64,000 nt of DNA from Mantamonas sphyraenae STR306. Taxonomy: Eukaryota > Protista > CRuMs. The stretch is taken from contig JAPMXV010000010.1 of the NCBI GenBank assembly GCA_026936335.1, positions 1-64,000 on the forward strand, in the 5' to 3' direction. A program made the position numbers and the translations under genes. The notes beneath the pieces are model-generated. The model was not told the DNA's origin and ran no database searches. It was given only the letters and a program-made list of their open reading frames with translations. Of this stretch, positions 11,501 to 24,392 are shown one piece after another. The first letter of the stretch is position 1. The number at the start of each line of letters is the position of its first letter.

Positions 11501-11865
11501 AACACCACAATCAGCGCATACAGAGCCCACGGCGCTTCCTGATCCGCTCGCGGCCACCGCGCCCCGCCCAGCCACGATGCAACCAACCGCTCTCGCAGCA
11601 GGCCCCACTTGCCATACAGCGGCGCCACGTCTCGCTCCTGCCTATGAACAGGCGCCAGGTTGTTCTTCCGTGGCGCACGTGGCCCGGCCTCCTCCGTTTC
11701 CTCATCCGAGTCGCTGGACGTGTTTGCAAACACGTGTTCCCCAATGTCCTTTGGCTCCTTCTCCTCTTCTCGCTTCTCTTTCGCCATTGCCGCCGCCGCA
11801 GACCCGCGCACCAGCACATCGTCGTCATCCGAGTCCGAGTCCGAATACACAAATGCCTCGATCAT
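8532..11865 (-). CDS. Pecanex-like multi-pass membrane protein (PCNX4-like)
   Basis: Many TM segments, a KGLELQQTSCH motif and C-terminal DDEERYAIQ...LKNM...QPPLGYP pecanex signature. Intron 11408-11333 (GTGAGT...ACTGAC...GCAG) links ORFs 11362..11865 and 8532..11348. Confidence 0.85.
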
Positions 11866-11879
11866 CTGCGCTGCACCGT

Positions 11880-13168
11880 CTATTGCTCTTCTTTCTCTTG
11901 CCTCTCCCGCCGCTGCAGCACAAACACACTACACACCATCCCGCCCATGCACACTGCCTGCATGTCCTCCAGCAAAAGGCCCTCGCCGCACTCTCCCAAC
12001 GCAGCAAACATCGCCCGACGCTTCGTCGTCATCAGCACCACCCGCGCCCCGTCTGCACACACGCGCACGCACTCCCTCACCAGCGGCCCAAACAGCGCTC
12101 GGATGCTGTACTTGTTGCCCACACGGTGGCCGTTTGGCAGATCGCTCACCACCACGTTCACTGTCCCGTCCTCCACCTCGCTCAGCTTCTCCGTGCAAAG
12201 ATCATGCTCCAGCACCTCCACATCCACGCCCCACACCTTTGCATTCGCACGTGTCATCTCCAGCGCCTCATCGTAAACGTCGTTCCCCACCAGCCGCACC
12301 TTGCCCCCGGCCGCTGCCGCCGCCTCCATCAGCGTCATTGCTCCGCCCACACATGGATCCAGCACCACGTCACCTTCCTTTACACCCGCCAAACGTGCCA
12401 ACCCATACGCCACGGGCCCCTGCAGGCTCACCCGGCCTTTTACGTGCTGAGCCCGCTCCGCGATCGTCACACGTTCCGTTTCCAGGTACGCCAGCATGTG
12501 TGCATTGTGCACACGCAGACGCATCGTCGCCGTCGCCTCGTTGCTCAGGTCCACTTGCAGCTGCCTCCCCAGCACATCCTCCATGGCACCCGCATGCCCC
12601 TCCGCAAATTCCCGCGCCGCTTGCTGGCTCGTGAAGAGGTGCAGACCCAGCCTTTCGCACAACACCCGGTATCTTGCCGCCTCGCCCAACTCCAGCAACA
12701 CCTTTGACACAGCTTCCCCTCCGTCCCAGCACGCCTTCCCGAACGCCTCCAGCTGACCCTTCCACTCCTCGCTCTTGTTCTCCCGCTTTGCTTTCTTGCT
12801 CGCAGACTCTGTCAGCAGATGCAATGCATCCACGGCTGCCTTGCCCCGCCTTTCCCACACCCCACAAACGGTTCCTCCACTTTCAGGCTGTGATCCCGCG
12901 CTCCCTTTCCAAACACACTCTCCACACCGCTGTCCACCTCTCCCTCGCCTGCCAGCAGTCCAGCGTGGTCCACCATGCGCAACCCCTCCACGTCGGGCCT
13001 CCCCACCTGTCCTCTCAACACCAGCACTCCGTGCGTCGCCACTTCCAGCCCCACCAACCCCTTCACCTCCTCCAGTTCCTTCACCGCAATTTCCTCCATG
13101 CCCATCGGCACCGCATACACCCAATCCACCTTTACATCCCCACTGCTGGCAATCTCGCGAACGCTCAT
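11880..13168 (-). CDS. THUMP-domain RNA methyltransferase (THUMPD2/3, Trm14-like); frame break near 12860
   Basis: N-term VPMGMEEIAVKEL; SAM motif VVLDPCVGG; motif IV VVSDLPNG. N- and C-terminal halves lie in different frames. Confidence 0.75.
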
Positions 13169-13214
13169 CCCTTTGTTCGTCGTTTTCCTTCCCACTCCCG
13201 CGCACACCAACCCC

Positions 13215-15616
13215 TCACATCGACCTCTCGATCTTCTCCAACACCTCCACCGCCGCACTTGGCAGACGCGTTCCGGGGCCAAAGATCGCAGACACGCCCG
13301 TCTCGTACAAAAACTCGTAGTCCTGGTGCGGGATCACTCCACCGCACACCACAAGGATGTCGTCCGCACCCTCTGCCTTCAGCGCTTCAATAAGCTGAGG
13401 CACAAGCGTTCGGTGTCCTGCCGCCTGCGAGCTCACGCCCACCACGTGCACGTCTGCATCGATTGCTTGGCGCGCCACCTCGGCCGGCGTTTGGAACAGC
13501 GGTCCCACATCCACATCGAAGCCCAGGTCTGCAAAGCCCGTCGCAATCACCTTGGCTCCACGGTCGTGCCCATCCTGGCCCATCTTTGCCACCATGATGC
13601 GCGGACGACGCCCGTGCTCCTCCTCAAACCGCGTCACCGCTGCCATCGTCTCTGCAAACTCGGCGTCCGTGTCTTGGTACTCTGTCGAGTACACGCCGCT
13701 CACAAGGTCGCCCGTGCCCTGGTATCTACCAAACGCCTTTTCGATGGCCAGTGAGATCTCTCCCACCGTTGCCCGCTCTCGGCTTGCCTTCACCGCCAGA
13801 TCGAGCAAGTTGCCCGTTCCGTTCGTCGCCGCCTCCTCAATCGCCTCCAGCGCTCCTCGCACCGCTTCGATGTCCCGGCTCGAGCGGATGCGTTCCAGAC
13901 GCTCCATCTGCGCCTGCAGCACCTTGCTGTTGTCGATGCTCAGCACGTCGATCGGATCCTCCTTCTCCAGCCGGTACTTGTTCACTCCCACAATCACGTC
14001 GTGACCACTGTCGATGCGCGCCTGCTTCCTTGCCGCGCTCTCCTCAATGCGCAGCTTCGGCATCCCGCTCTCCACCGCCTTGGACATCCCGCCCATTTCC
14101 TCCACCTCTGCAATCACGGCCCCGGCCTTGGCCACAAGCTCCTCCGTCAGCGCCTCCATCATGTACGACCCTCCCCACGGGTCGATCACCTCCGTGATCC
14201 CGGTTTCCTCCTGCAGGATCAGCTGAGTGTTTCGCGCCACACGCGCGCTCGTTTCTGTCGGCAGGCCGATGGCTTCGTCAAATGCGTTTGTGTGCAACGA
14301 CTGCGTGCCGCCCATCACTGCCGCCATGGCCTCCACCGTCGTGCGGATGATGTTGTTGTACGGATCCTGCTCCGTCAGCGACCACCCGCTCGTCTGACAA
14401 TGCGTGCGCAGCAGCAGCGACTTGTCGTTCTCTGGCGCAAACTTCTCCTTCATCAGTGTGCTCCACAGCTTGCGTGCCGCGCGCAGCTTCGCCACCTCCA
14501 TGTAAAAGTTCATCCCGATGCCAAAGAAGAACGAGAACCGCGGCGCAATCTGGTCCACCGTCGAGCCTGCCTTGATGCCCGTGCGCACGTACTCCAGACC
14601 GTCCGCAATCGTAAACGCAAGCTCCAGTGCTGCGTCCGCACCGGCCTCCTGCATGTGGTAGCCGCTGATCGAGATCGAGTTGTACAGCGGCATGTTCTTT
14701 GCCGTGTACGCCATGATGTCTCCTACAATGCGCATCGACCCTTCCGGCTTGTAGATGTACGTGTTGCGCACCATAAACTCCTTCAGAATGTCGTTCTGGA
14801 TCGTCCCGGCCAACTTGTCTGCGCTCACCCCCTGCTCCTCCGCAGCCACAATGTACATGGCCAGCACGGGGATCACTGCCCCGTTCATCGTCATCGACAC
14901 GCTCATTTTGTCCAGCGGGATCCCGTCAAACAGGATCTTCATGTCCTCCACCGAGTCCACGGCCACGCCGGCCATCCCCACGTCCCCTCGCACGCGCTCG
15001 TGGTCCGAATCGTACCCTCGGTGCGTCGCAAGATCAAACGCAACGCTCAATCCCTTCTGCCCGGCCGCCAAGTTCTTCTTGTAGAACCGGTTCGACTCCT
15101 CTGCCGTCGAAAACCCGGCGTACTGCCGAATCGTCCACGGCCTGTGCGTGTACATCGTCGCGTACGGCCCCCGTGTGTACGGAAACTCTGCCGACGTCAT
15201 GTCTCCCTTGTGGCCTTCCGGCAGGTCCGACTCCAGGTACAGCGGCTTCATCGTAATCCCCTGTTTTGCCGTGTCACCAGACCCCAACTCCCCGTGTCAG
15301 CCCGGAGCTTTTCCCAAACCATTTCCCTCTTCCACTTCCCGCTCTGCCCCGACACCTCTGCGGCCCGCAACCACGCCTACCCCCCACACACACCGCCTTC
15401 TTTTTCTCCCTTGCCCCACCCACTCACTTCGGGCTTCTCCACAAACAGGCTATCCAGACTGTTGCCTCGAAGTTCCTTGCTCGCCTGCTTCTCCCAATGC
15501 TCCGGAAACCTGCTCTCCCCACGCAACGACGCCTGCGTCGCCAGCCCGCGCTGCGCCACCGCAGACACCGCCTCCTTGGCCGCCACAACCTGATGCTTTG
15601 ACACTCGCGCAAACAT
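13215..15616 (-). CDS. MMUT: Methylmalonyl-CoA mutase, mitochondrial (adenosylcobalamin-dependent)
   Basis: [31 protein letters not shown]-type motif and B12-binding [12 protein letters not shown]. Exon 1 (ATG 15616, transit-peptide-like, WEKQASKEL) joined by intron 15427-15261. Confidence 0.97.
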
Positions 15617-15724
15617 CTTCTTCTTCTTCTCTGCTCTTGTTCTTTCAGGTGCACACACTCCGCGCGCTTGACCCGCCGCCCCATCCACGCCAAACCCTCC
15701 CGTCTTTCCCACCCCTCAACCTCC

Positions 15725-18536
15725 ATGACCACATCCTCATCCTCATTCCGCGTCAACCCCATCACCGACGACCTCCTCGCTCTCCACAACGGCAAGTGTT
15801 CCCCCGGCCCCAACCCCCCCCACCTCCGTCCCAACTAACCCGCCGCTCCTCTCCACCCACAGAGCTTCAGTCCTTGGGAGGAGGAGGTTCAGCCACAGTG
15901 GCCCCATCCCACGTCTCCATCCGCATCAAGCCCGAGTTTGCCTCACAAGCAGGCGAGTTTTTCAAACTCAAAACCGACGACTACATCGTCTGTGACGGAA
16001 ACGATATTGTCATCCGGTACGCCCATCCCCCCTAAGCCACCCATCCTTCCCCTTCCCCCCACCCGCCCTTTCCCTGCAGCCCCGCTCCCCGCAAACGGCT
16101 TTGCGCGCCACTCACCCACTGTCCTCCCGCAGGGATCCGCGCTGCGCCCAAAACACCCCGCTCAGCCAGGCTGTCAAACGTATGCCCTTTCAGCTTGCCA
16201 TGGATGCCTCCTTCAACCAGCAAGACGTCTACGACGCACTGGGCGCCGACCTCCTCGATCGTGTCTGGCAAGAGTACAACGTCACTCTCCTCGCCCTCGG
16301 TGCACAGGGCACGGGCAAGTCACACACCCTGTTCGGCCGCAACACTCCGTACACAGACACTCCCGACGACCTCGACGACACAGACGGCCTCCTCACCCTC
16401 CTCCTCCGCGACATCTTTGCCCAGCTCCGCCGCAAGAACGCAGACTCCCTCGTCCTCCTCTCGGCCTGGGAAATCGACGCTGACGGCTCCTACGACCTCC
16501 TCTCTGGTGCTTCCACTGCCACGCGCGTCACCAGCCCCGACGACATCCGCCACGTCCAGGCTCGTGACTTTGCCGAAGCTCTCCAGCTCCTCACCGCCTC
16601 ACGCCTCAAGAGCAAGAACTGGGCCGGCAACCTGCACGACCTTGCCCATGTACAAAACAGCGCCCACGCCTTTGTCCGCATCCTCATCTACGACGCCTCC
16701 CGCGAAGTCGGCACTCGCCTTTGCCTTGTCGATCTCGCCGGCTCGGGCTCTCTCTCCCTTTCTGGCGAGCCCAGCTCCTCCCAGCTCGATCCATCCCTCG
16801 AGCGCCAACTCCACACCCAGCTCCACACTGTACACAAGATGATCAACGACATGGCCGAGGTCAACGAATCCGGCAAGCCCCGCACCCTCGGCTCCGCTCG
16901 CGAATCCATCCTCTCTCGCGCCCTCATGCCTCTCCTCGGTGACAACGTCCACCAATACGTCCTCGGCACCCTCAGCGCCCATCCCGACCACTATCTCGAC
17001 TCTCTCAACTCCCTCCGCGTCTGCCAACGCGCAGCTCGCATCAACAACGCTTGCTGGCGCTATCCCAAGGCCGCTCCCCAAGTTGTCGAGATCTTCCAGG
17101 CCGAAAGTGCCATCCCTGTTGGCATGAACCTCGATGCCATCGATCTTGACTCCTTTGGCACACACTCCTCCTCTCTCCGCAACTCCACCGTCCGCCAGAA
17201 CGCCACCACTGTCGCTCTCGTCGGCACCAGCTCCGACCACCACCCACCGCTCCGCCCCTCCTCCTCCTCCTACCTCAAGTCACGCTCCAATCCCCAACCC
17301 AAGCCCTCCTCCCACTCCTCCTCTCTCCGCGACGAGATCAACCGCCTCATGCAGAGTATCTCCTCCTCTTCCACAACCACAACCACCTCCTCCTCCTCCT
17401 CCACAACCACAATGCGCCTCCAAGACCTCGCCTCCCGCCAACCCCGCCAATCCCACCCCAAATCCCCCCCACCATCCCAACCCTCCCCACAACAACCCTC
17501 GCCCCAACCCAACCCCCTCTCCCTCACCGACTTTGAACGAGAACTCGAAACCGTTAGCACCCACTACGAAATCAAACTCGAGGAGCAGCGTCTCGAAAAC
17601 GTCCAACTCCGTGCCAAACTTCGCCATCTCGAACAACACAGCCAGCACGCGGACGTCATCCAGGCCTACCGCACGGAAACAGAGCAGGCAAAGGCTGAGA
17701 TCGACCAACTCAAAACAGAACGCTTCAAACTCATGATGTCCCAGCTCGACGACAGCGCCCAGAAGCTTCAGCGCCAGTCCCGCCTCAACAAATCCTCAAA
17801 GGGCCTCACTTCCCACGCCATGCTCTCCAAAACAGCCTCCCAGCTCGATCAGGTGCGCGAAGAGAAACGCGACCTCGAGCGCAAGCTCCGCCGCTCTCAG
17901 TCCCAACTCCACGCATACAAGGAGACCATGGAACGTGCACGTGCTCTCGAACAGCTCGTCGACAAGAAAGAGCAAGTCGTCGCCATGCTCCAGAACCGCC
18001 TCGCCGAAAATGCTCAGAGCCTGCACGACTGGCAATCCGAGCGCGACCAGCTCCTCTACCGTGCCCGTGAACACGAGTTTGCCAATCAACGCGCTCGTGA
18101 AACCCTCTCCCAGGTCGTCGACGCCCTTCGCGAGTACACACAACGCAAGGAGCAGCGCCTCAACGACCTCGAATCCGCCTCTCTCACACTCTCTTCCTCC
18201 ACCACCTCGTCATCCTCCTCCCACCCAGACACAGACTCCCCCACCCTCTCCGACACCCTCTCCCTGTCCCACCAGCTCGTCCTGCGCCTCGAAAACCAGG
18301 TCGCTCAGGACAAACCCACCCTCGGCAAACTCGTACGCCAGCTGAAAAAGACCATCAACAAGGCCATCGGCCTCGACGACCAAAGCCTCAACTCTCTCCA
18401 CCAGCACGACCACTGGATGCCCAAGGTCGTCTCCCAGATGAAGGACGAAATGACCGATCTCGACAACCTCTTCCAGCACCTCCACCGTGCCATCTGGGCC
18501 TCCGACGACGCAGACGTCCACCCTTCCACACAGTAA
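15725..18536 (+). CDS. Divergent kinesin-like protein (N-terminal motor, C-terminal coiled coil)
   Basis: VSIRIKP, YNVTLLALGAQGTGKSHTLFG (P-loop), LVDLAGSG, RESILSRALMPLLG. Introns 15792-15862 (GC-AG) and 16017-16132. Confidence 0.8.
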
Positions 18537-18571
18537 ACCCCTTGCTCTCCACCCTTGCCTCACCAACACAA

Positions 18572-21500
18572 ATGGCCACCATCACCTCCACCGGCGAGCG
18601 CGTCTCCTCCACCTTTGTCACCGACGAGGAGATCCTCCAGGATGTCGAGAGCAAGCTCAACCACGCCAAAAAGGAGCTCATGACCCTCTTCATGACCACA
18701 GATTCCCTCTACGAGTCCATGGCCGCCAACGTCGACGAGCAAATCGAAGCCCAACGGCCGCCTCAACAAGAAACAAGGCCCTACTCCGCACGCTCCACCT
18801 CCAGCGCCTCTTCCTCCTCTACAACCTCCACCGTCGTCAGCGACAACATGCACAGTGACTACTACAGCTCTGTCGTCGACGCTGGCCTTGGCTACAGCTT
18901 CGGCTACCTCAACGCCAATCCCAATGCCCGCCCCACCTCTGCATCCTCCACATCCACCACTTCCTCCACTTCCACAGATGCCACAGATGTCTCCTCCTCC
19001 TCCGCTTTCAACTCCCGCGACTATCAGGCCCTCTCCTCTGCCCTCAAGCGACCCACAAGCGCAACCTCCCGCCTCGCACAAAACGTCCGCATGGCCTTTC
19101 TCGAAGACACCACCGCCCATTCCAGCGTCGCCAAGTTTTCTGCGCAGCCCACTTTCTCCGGCGGTGCCAGTGGCAAAAAGGCCATCGACATTGACTTTCG
19201 CCAAAAAGTCCAGCAGATCCGCGCCGAGAACGAGGAGCTCCTCGCCAGCCTCACCTACACACACACAGACCTCGACAACCCGCTCCTCCCCATCCAGAAG
19301 CGCATGTCTCTCGATGAGCACGACGAATCCAAAGACATGCGCCAGTTCCGTGCACGCGTTGACCTCATCCTCGACCGCTTTGCAGAAGAGGTGAGTTACG
19401 CGCCGAATGTCTCGCAACGGTCACCTTTTCACGCGCACCCCGCCCCATCACACCCTCACACACTTCCCCGCACCCCCAACCCCGCCTTCTCCTGCCTCCT
19501 CTCCCACACATCCCCCACAGCTCTTCAACGACATCCGCCTAGCCAACCAGAACATGGCCGACAAGCTCGAACATCGCGGCGTTGTCTTTGATCACAGCGA
19601 GGAGCTCAAGGGCATGCGCCAAGAGCTTGCCACTGCACAAACTGCACTCCGCGTACGTCTCGCATCCCCTTCCTCCCCTTTCCCCCCTCCCCCTCCCTCT
19701 CCCGCAATTGCTCACCCACCTTCCCTCCACAGAAATCAGAGGATCGCGTCAACAAGCTCAACCTCGAGAATCAGGTCCTCAAGGGCCACCTTCTCCGACG
19801 CACCGAGGAGATCAACACCCAACGCAATACCTTTTACAAAGAGCTCTTCACCCTCAAGGAGCAGCTGTACCAAAAAACAAAGCTCGGCCGCACTCAGGAA
19901 CTCGATCCAAACTACGGCAACGTGTTTGAAACCATCATGGACATGGAAAACAAACTCGACGAACGCAACCTCGCCAAGAAGCACGCCCGCGACGAAAACG
20001 GCGACCCCAAGGAGCCCCGCGGCCTGTACCATTCAAACTCCCAAGCCTCCCTCTACTCCAACAGCGAAGGCGACCGCGACGACCACTCCGACACAGAAAG
20101 CGTGGCCTCTTCTGCTTCCCAACGCAGGCGCAGACGCTCCTCCTCAGAGCGAGGCAAGGGCAGGAAAAAGGCCATCCGTGCCCTTCGCCGCCAGCGTTCT
20201 CGCGATCACATGAACGACAGCGACTCTGAAGGAGGCGACTCCGACAGCATCTCTGCACGCTCCATTGGCGACGAGGACTACGCAAACATGAAGGTCGAGA
20301 AGCTCAAGCGTGCATTCGAGGCCGAAAAGGCAGAGATCATCACTCGCCACGAACGCGAACTCCAGCTCAAGGACCTTGAGCTCGACCTCATGAAGCGTGA
20401 AATCGACCATGAGATCCGTGTGCGTGAGGAGGAGTCCCGTGAGCAGCTCGAACTCATGCGACGTGAAGCTGAGAACAAGATCCGCCTCGAACGCAAGCTC
20501 CGCCTGAAAAACAAACTCGGCGACGACGACTCCTCCGACGGCAGCGAATCTCAACGCCCACAACGACGTGGCTCCCTCATTCGCCGCTCCTCAAAGTCCC
20601 GTGCCTCCGACTCATCCTCGCCTGTCTCCCCCACCGACGACGCAGCTGCTTCCCGACAGCGCTCCGCCTCCTTCTCTGTCCAGGCTCGCCAAAGCATCGA
20701 AAACCACAACAAAGAGAAACTCAAGCAGCTGTATGCAAAGGACAACCACGACGACATTGCAGGCGACAGCGACACCAGCGACGACAGCGACAACGACGAC
20801 CGCCAAACCTCGGCTTCGACTGCCTCTGCCGACCTGGACACCCAGCCCTTCACCCCTTCTCCCACGGGTGCCACTTTGGGCACGTCTGCCTCCTCCCTTA
20901 CGCTCAACACAGCTGCAGCCAACGCAGAAGGAGACGGCGACGACCCCAAGCGCGTCCTCCGCCATGCTCGATCTACTCACTCCAAGCATGACGGCATGGC
21001 AAACGCCGGTTCCACGTCCGCAAGCAAGCCTGCACCTCCCAAGGAAGCCAGCGTCCTCGACACTGAGTACCAGAGCGAGCGTGCGACCGTGAACCTCATC
21101 CAGGAAAACTGGAAGGAACGCATGGAAGACATGAAGCGCGAACACGCACGCACCATTGACAAGCTCAAGAAAGACTTTGCCGATGAGAACGCCCAGCTGC
21201 GCGCTCTGCTCAAGAAGAACCTCGAAGAAGAGCAGCAGACCGATCTCGACTCCTTGTCCCGCGTCGCCGACAAACTTGGCAAGGATCTCCGCGAAACGGG
21301 CACAATGATCATGCACGAGGCACAGTCCATGAACGAAGGCCGCGAAGACAGTCCCCACGAAGCAAGCAAACGCAAGCAGCGTCTCATTGCCCTCGAAGAG
21401 CGCCTCCAGCAGGCCATGAACGAGATGCTCAACATCAAAAAGACCTTTACCAAGGCCCGCGAATTCCGTGAGACTCTCGAAGCCAAGATCGATGCCCAGG

Positions 21501-24392
21501 AGCTCGAACTCACCGCTCTCGGCAAGAGCGTGGCCGAACGCGACGAGCACGTCTTTCGCCACAAGGAGGAGCTCAACAAGCTGCGCAACCAGGTGCGCAG
21601 CCTCAATACCCAGCTGCAGATTGACAAGAAGGAGATGGGCAACCAGAACGCAAACCTCGAGCACGCACGCGAACTCAACGTCAAGCTCACAGCCCAGAAA
21701 GAGGAGCTCGAACAGCAGCTGCTCGTACAGCAGGCTCGCATCACAAAGATGAAGTACGAGACCGAAAGCAAACTGGAACAGATGTACAAAGCCGCTGCCG
21801 CCTCGGCCAAAGGCAACGCCGACGCAAGCATAGATATGCCCGTGTTCACTGCCCCCACGCCCGTGCCTACACACACCCAAGGATGCAACACAGACATCAG
21901 CATCGAGCCAAACATGGTTGGTGATGCCGTCATGGAAATGATCACCGCCGACGTGACCAGGGACACATCCCGCCACGCCTCGCGCACCAAATCCCGCCGC
22001 TCTTCAACCTCTTCCACAGGCAGCCACGCACGCCCTCGCACGCGCAGCGACGTCTCCGAGCCAGGCATCATCGAAGTGGTCGTCGACCCGGCCGCAACCT
22101 CTGCCTCGGGCGGACGCAGAAGCGCACGCAGGTACCGTCCTGGCAGTGCCGCGTCACAACGATCTGCCGCCCCACACGACGTCGAGCAGCACTCGGGCTC
22201 TCGTTCGCCTGTTGTCCGGCTGCCTGGAGGTGGCGACGCCGCAGAGGCGTCTTCTCCGAGCAGCACCACACGCAGTGGACGCAGTGGACGCAGCGCACGC
22301 CATTCGCGCTCTCGTTCCCGTTCCCGTTCCCGCTCCCGTTCCCGCCGTTCCAGATCGCCCACTGTGTACCGTGAAGCCTCGCCCCTTGACCGCCTCAGTG
22401 TGTCCCCCGCCCCAGTCAGCGGCGGACGCAGCCCCAGTCCGCGCGATGTCAGGTCTCGTGGCGGATTCTCTGCCTCCCGAGCCTCGCCCAACGTCCAACG
22501 ACAACGCCGCGGACGCACCTCTTCTCAGTCCTCCAAACACTCGGACAACGAATACGGCGTGTTGCCCACTCTGGACACCACCGCCGACCGTGGCCGCAGC
22601 GGCATGTCTGGCGCCCGTCCCCGCTCCGCCGGCAAACGACCCTCTTCGGCCTCGTCCAGGCGATCCCGCTCGCGTAGTGCACACCGCTCGCCAGCTTCGT
22701 CGCCTCACAAGAAGCAAGGTACCACCACAGACGCGGCCGCCCTGTTTGATCACGCCATGGACAACGCGACCGTCTCCCTACGCCACGAGCACCACCACCA
22801 CCACCATCATCATCACCATCACCACAAACACGGGCGTGGATCCTCGCACCGTGGCTCGACACGCACACACGATGACATGGACGACGATCTCGACACGTAC
22901 AGCCAACCACGACGACGATGACGAGGGCATGCTCTTTTACGAAGACGACGAAGGCGAGGGTGACGACAATGACGCCTACACTGGTGTCACTGGTGTCGAC
23001 CACGCCGTGGACAACCTGCAACGCGTTCAGGTGGCCATGGATCACCACGATGCCGGCGACGTACACGCTCCCGCTGCACAGGGGCGTGATTGGGACCTCT
23101 TTGAGGAAGGTGCCATCCGCATGCAGCACAGCCAGTACGGACGCCAGGTGGCAGTCACCAACGACGAGACGCTACGTCGCATCAGTGAGGCGGCCGGCAG
23201 GCGAGACGACACAGACGACCAGGGCACCCCCGACGGCGATCAGTATGCACAGCAGGGCTTGGGCGACGATATGGAGTACGCAGAACTCGAGAACGAGTGG
23301 CAACGCAACAAAGACGGCGCCACAGAGGTGGAGGAGCGTATGCTCACGCTCGTCGAACAACGCGAGCTTGCGCGCAAACAAGCTGCAGCCCAGCAGAAAC
23401 TGCACAAGCAGGGACGCCTGCGTGGCCCCAACTACCATCCAGACAGCGAGTACAATGACACCACCCTGGGCAACCAGGAAGGGCCGCAGCCACACCAGCA
23501 TCCCCCGGAAGGTGTTCCCACAATGCACCCGTACCGCATCCTCCAAAGCCAGCGCGCAAACCAAGAGATGCGCTACGCCATGCAGCAGTCCCAAGGCACC
23601 AGCTTGTACGGCGAACGTGCCCAGGACGCAAACGTCACCCTCACCCCTGGTGGCGCACAATGGGAACGCTCCACCGAGCACGGCACGGGCTACCAGCCCC
23701 GATCCATCGGCAACAAGCAGATGTACGGTGGCACAAGTGCGCAGGGACGCTCCGCAGGGCGTCCACAGACCTCCAACGACGCCACCATGACAGCCGGCGG
23801 TGTCGAATGGCGTCTCGCACACCGAAGCAACGATGGCCGCGAAGAAGAATACGTCGTGCAAGGAGACGACCACCTGCAAGACGACAACACAGGCAACCGC
23901 AACACTCGTGTACGGCCCCAGCGGCCCAGCAGCGCCACAGTCAACGACGCAACCTCGTGGCGAGCGCAGCTTGAGCGACAAAACGCAATCGGTCGCCGAG
24001 CACGCCCGCTGTCCGCTCACCCAAGCAGCCGCACTTCCGCCTCTGGCTCCAAGGGCAACGTTGCTTCATTCACCATCCCTACCCTGCAGGAGGTGGAGCA
24101 GAAGGACCGCGAGACAGAGGCCGACGAGATCGAAGAGGCCAAACGAAGCACCACACGCACCCTCCGTGCCTCTCGCCCGGCCACGGCCTCTGCCGCCGGC
24201 CGCCGACACTGGGCCGGTGTGCGACAGACAAGCAGTGACGCCACCGTCCAGGTCCGTCCCAAGAGCGCCGTCAAACGTGTCGGCTTCCAAGGCAGCGGCC
24301 TCGCCGCCGAGATTGTTGTTCAAGGAGAGAAAGCGAAGCCGAATGAACACACGACGAACTGCATTGCATTGCACACGCTCACAGCTGCGTGA
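18572..24392 (+). CDS. Large coiled-coil/low-complexity protein of unknown function (frame break or intron near 22719-22902)
   Basis: Phase-0 introns 19391-19520 and 19653-19732 join ORFs 18542, 19407 and 19922. Long heptad coiled coil plus RS-rich and poly-His tracts; continues in the 22146..24392 frame after about 22900. Confidence 0.65.
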
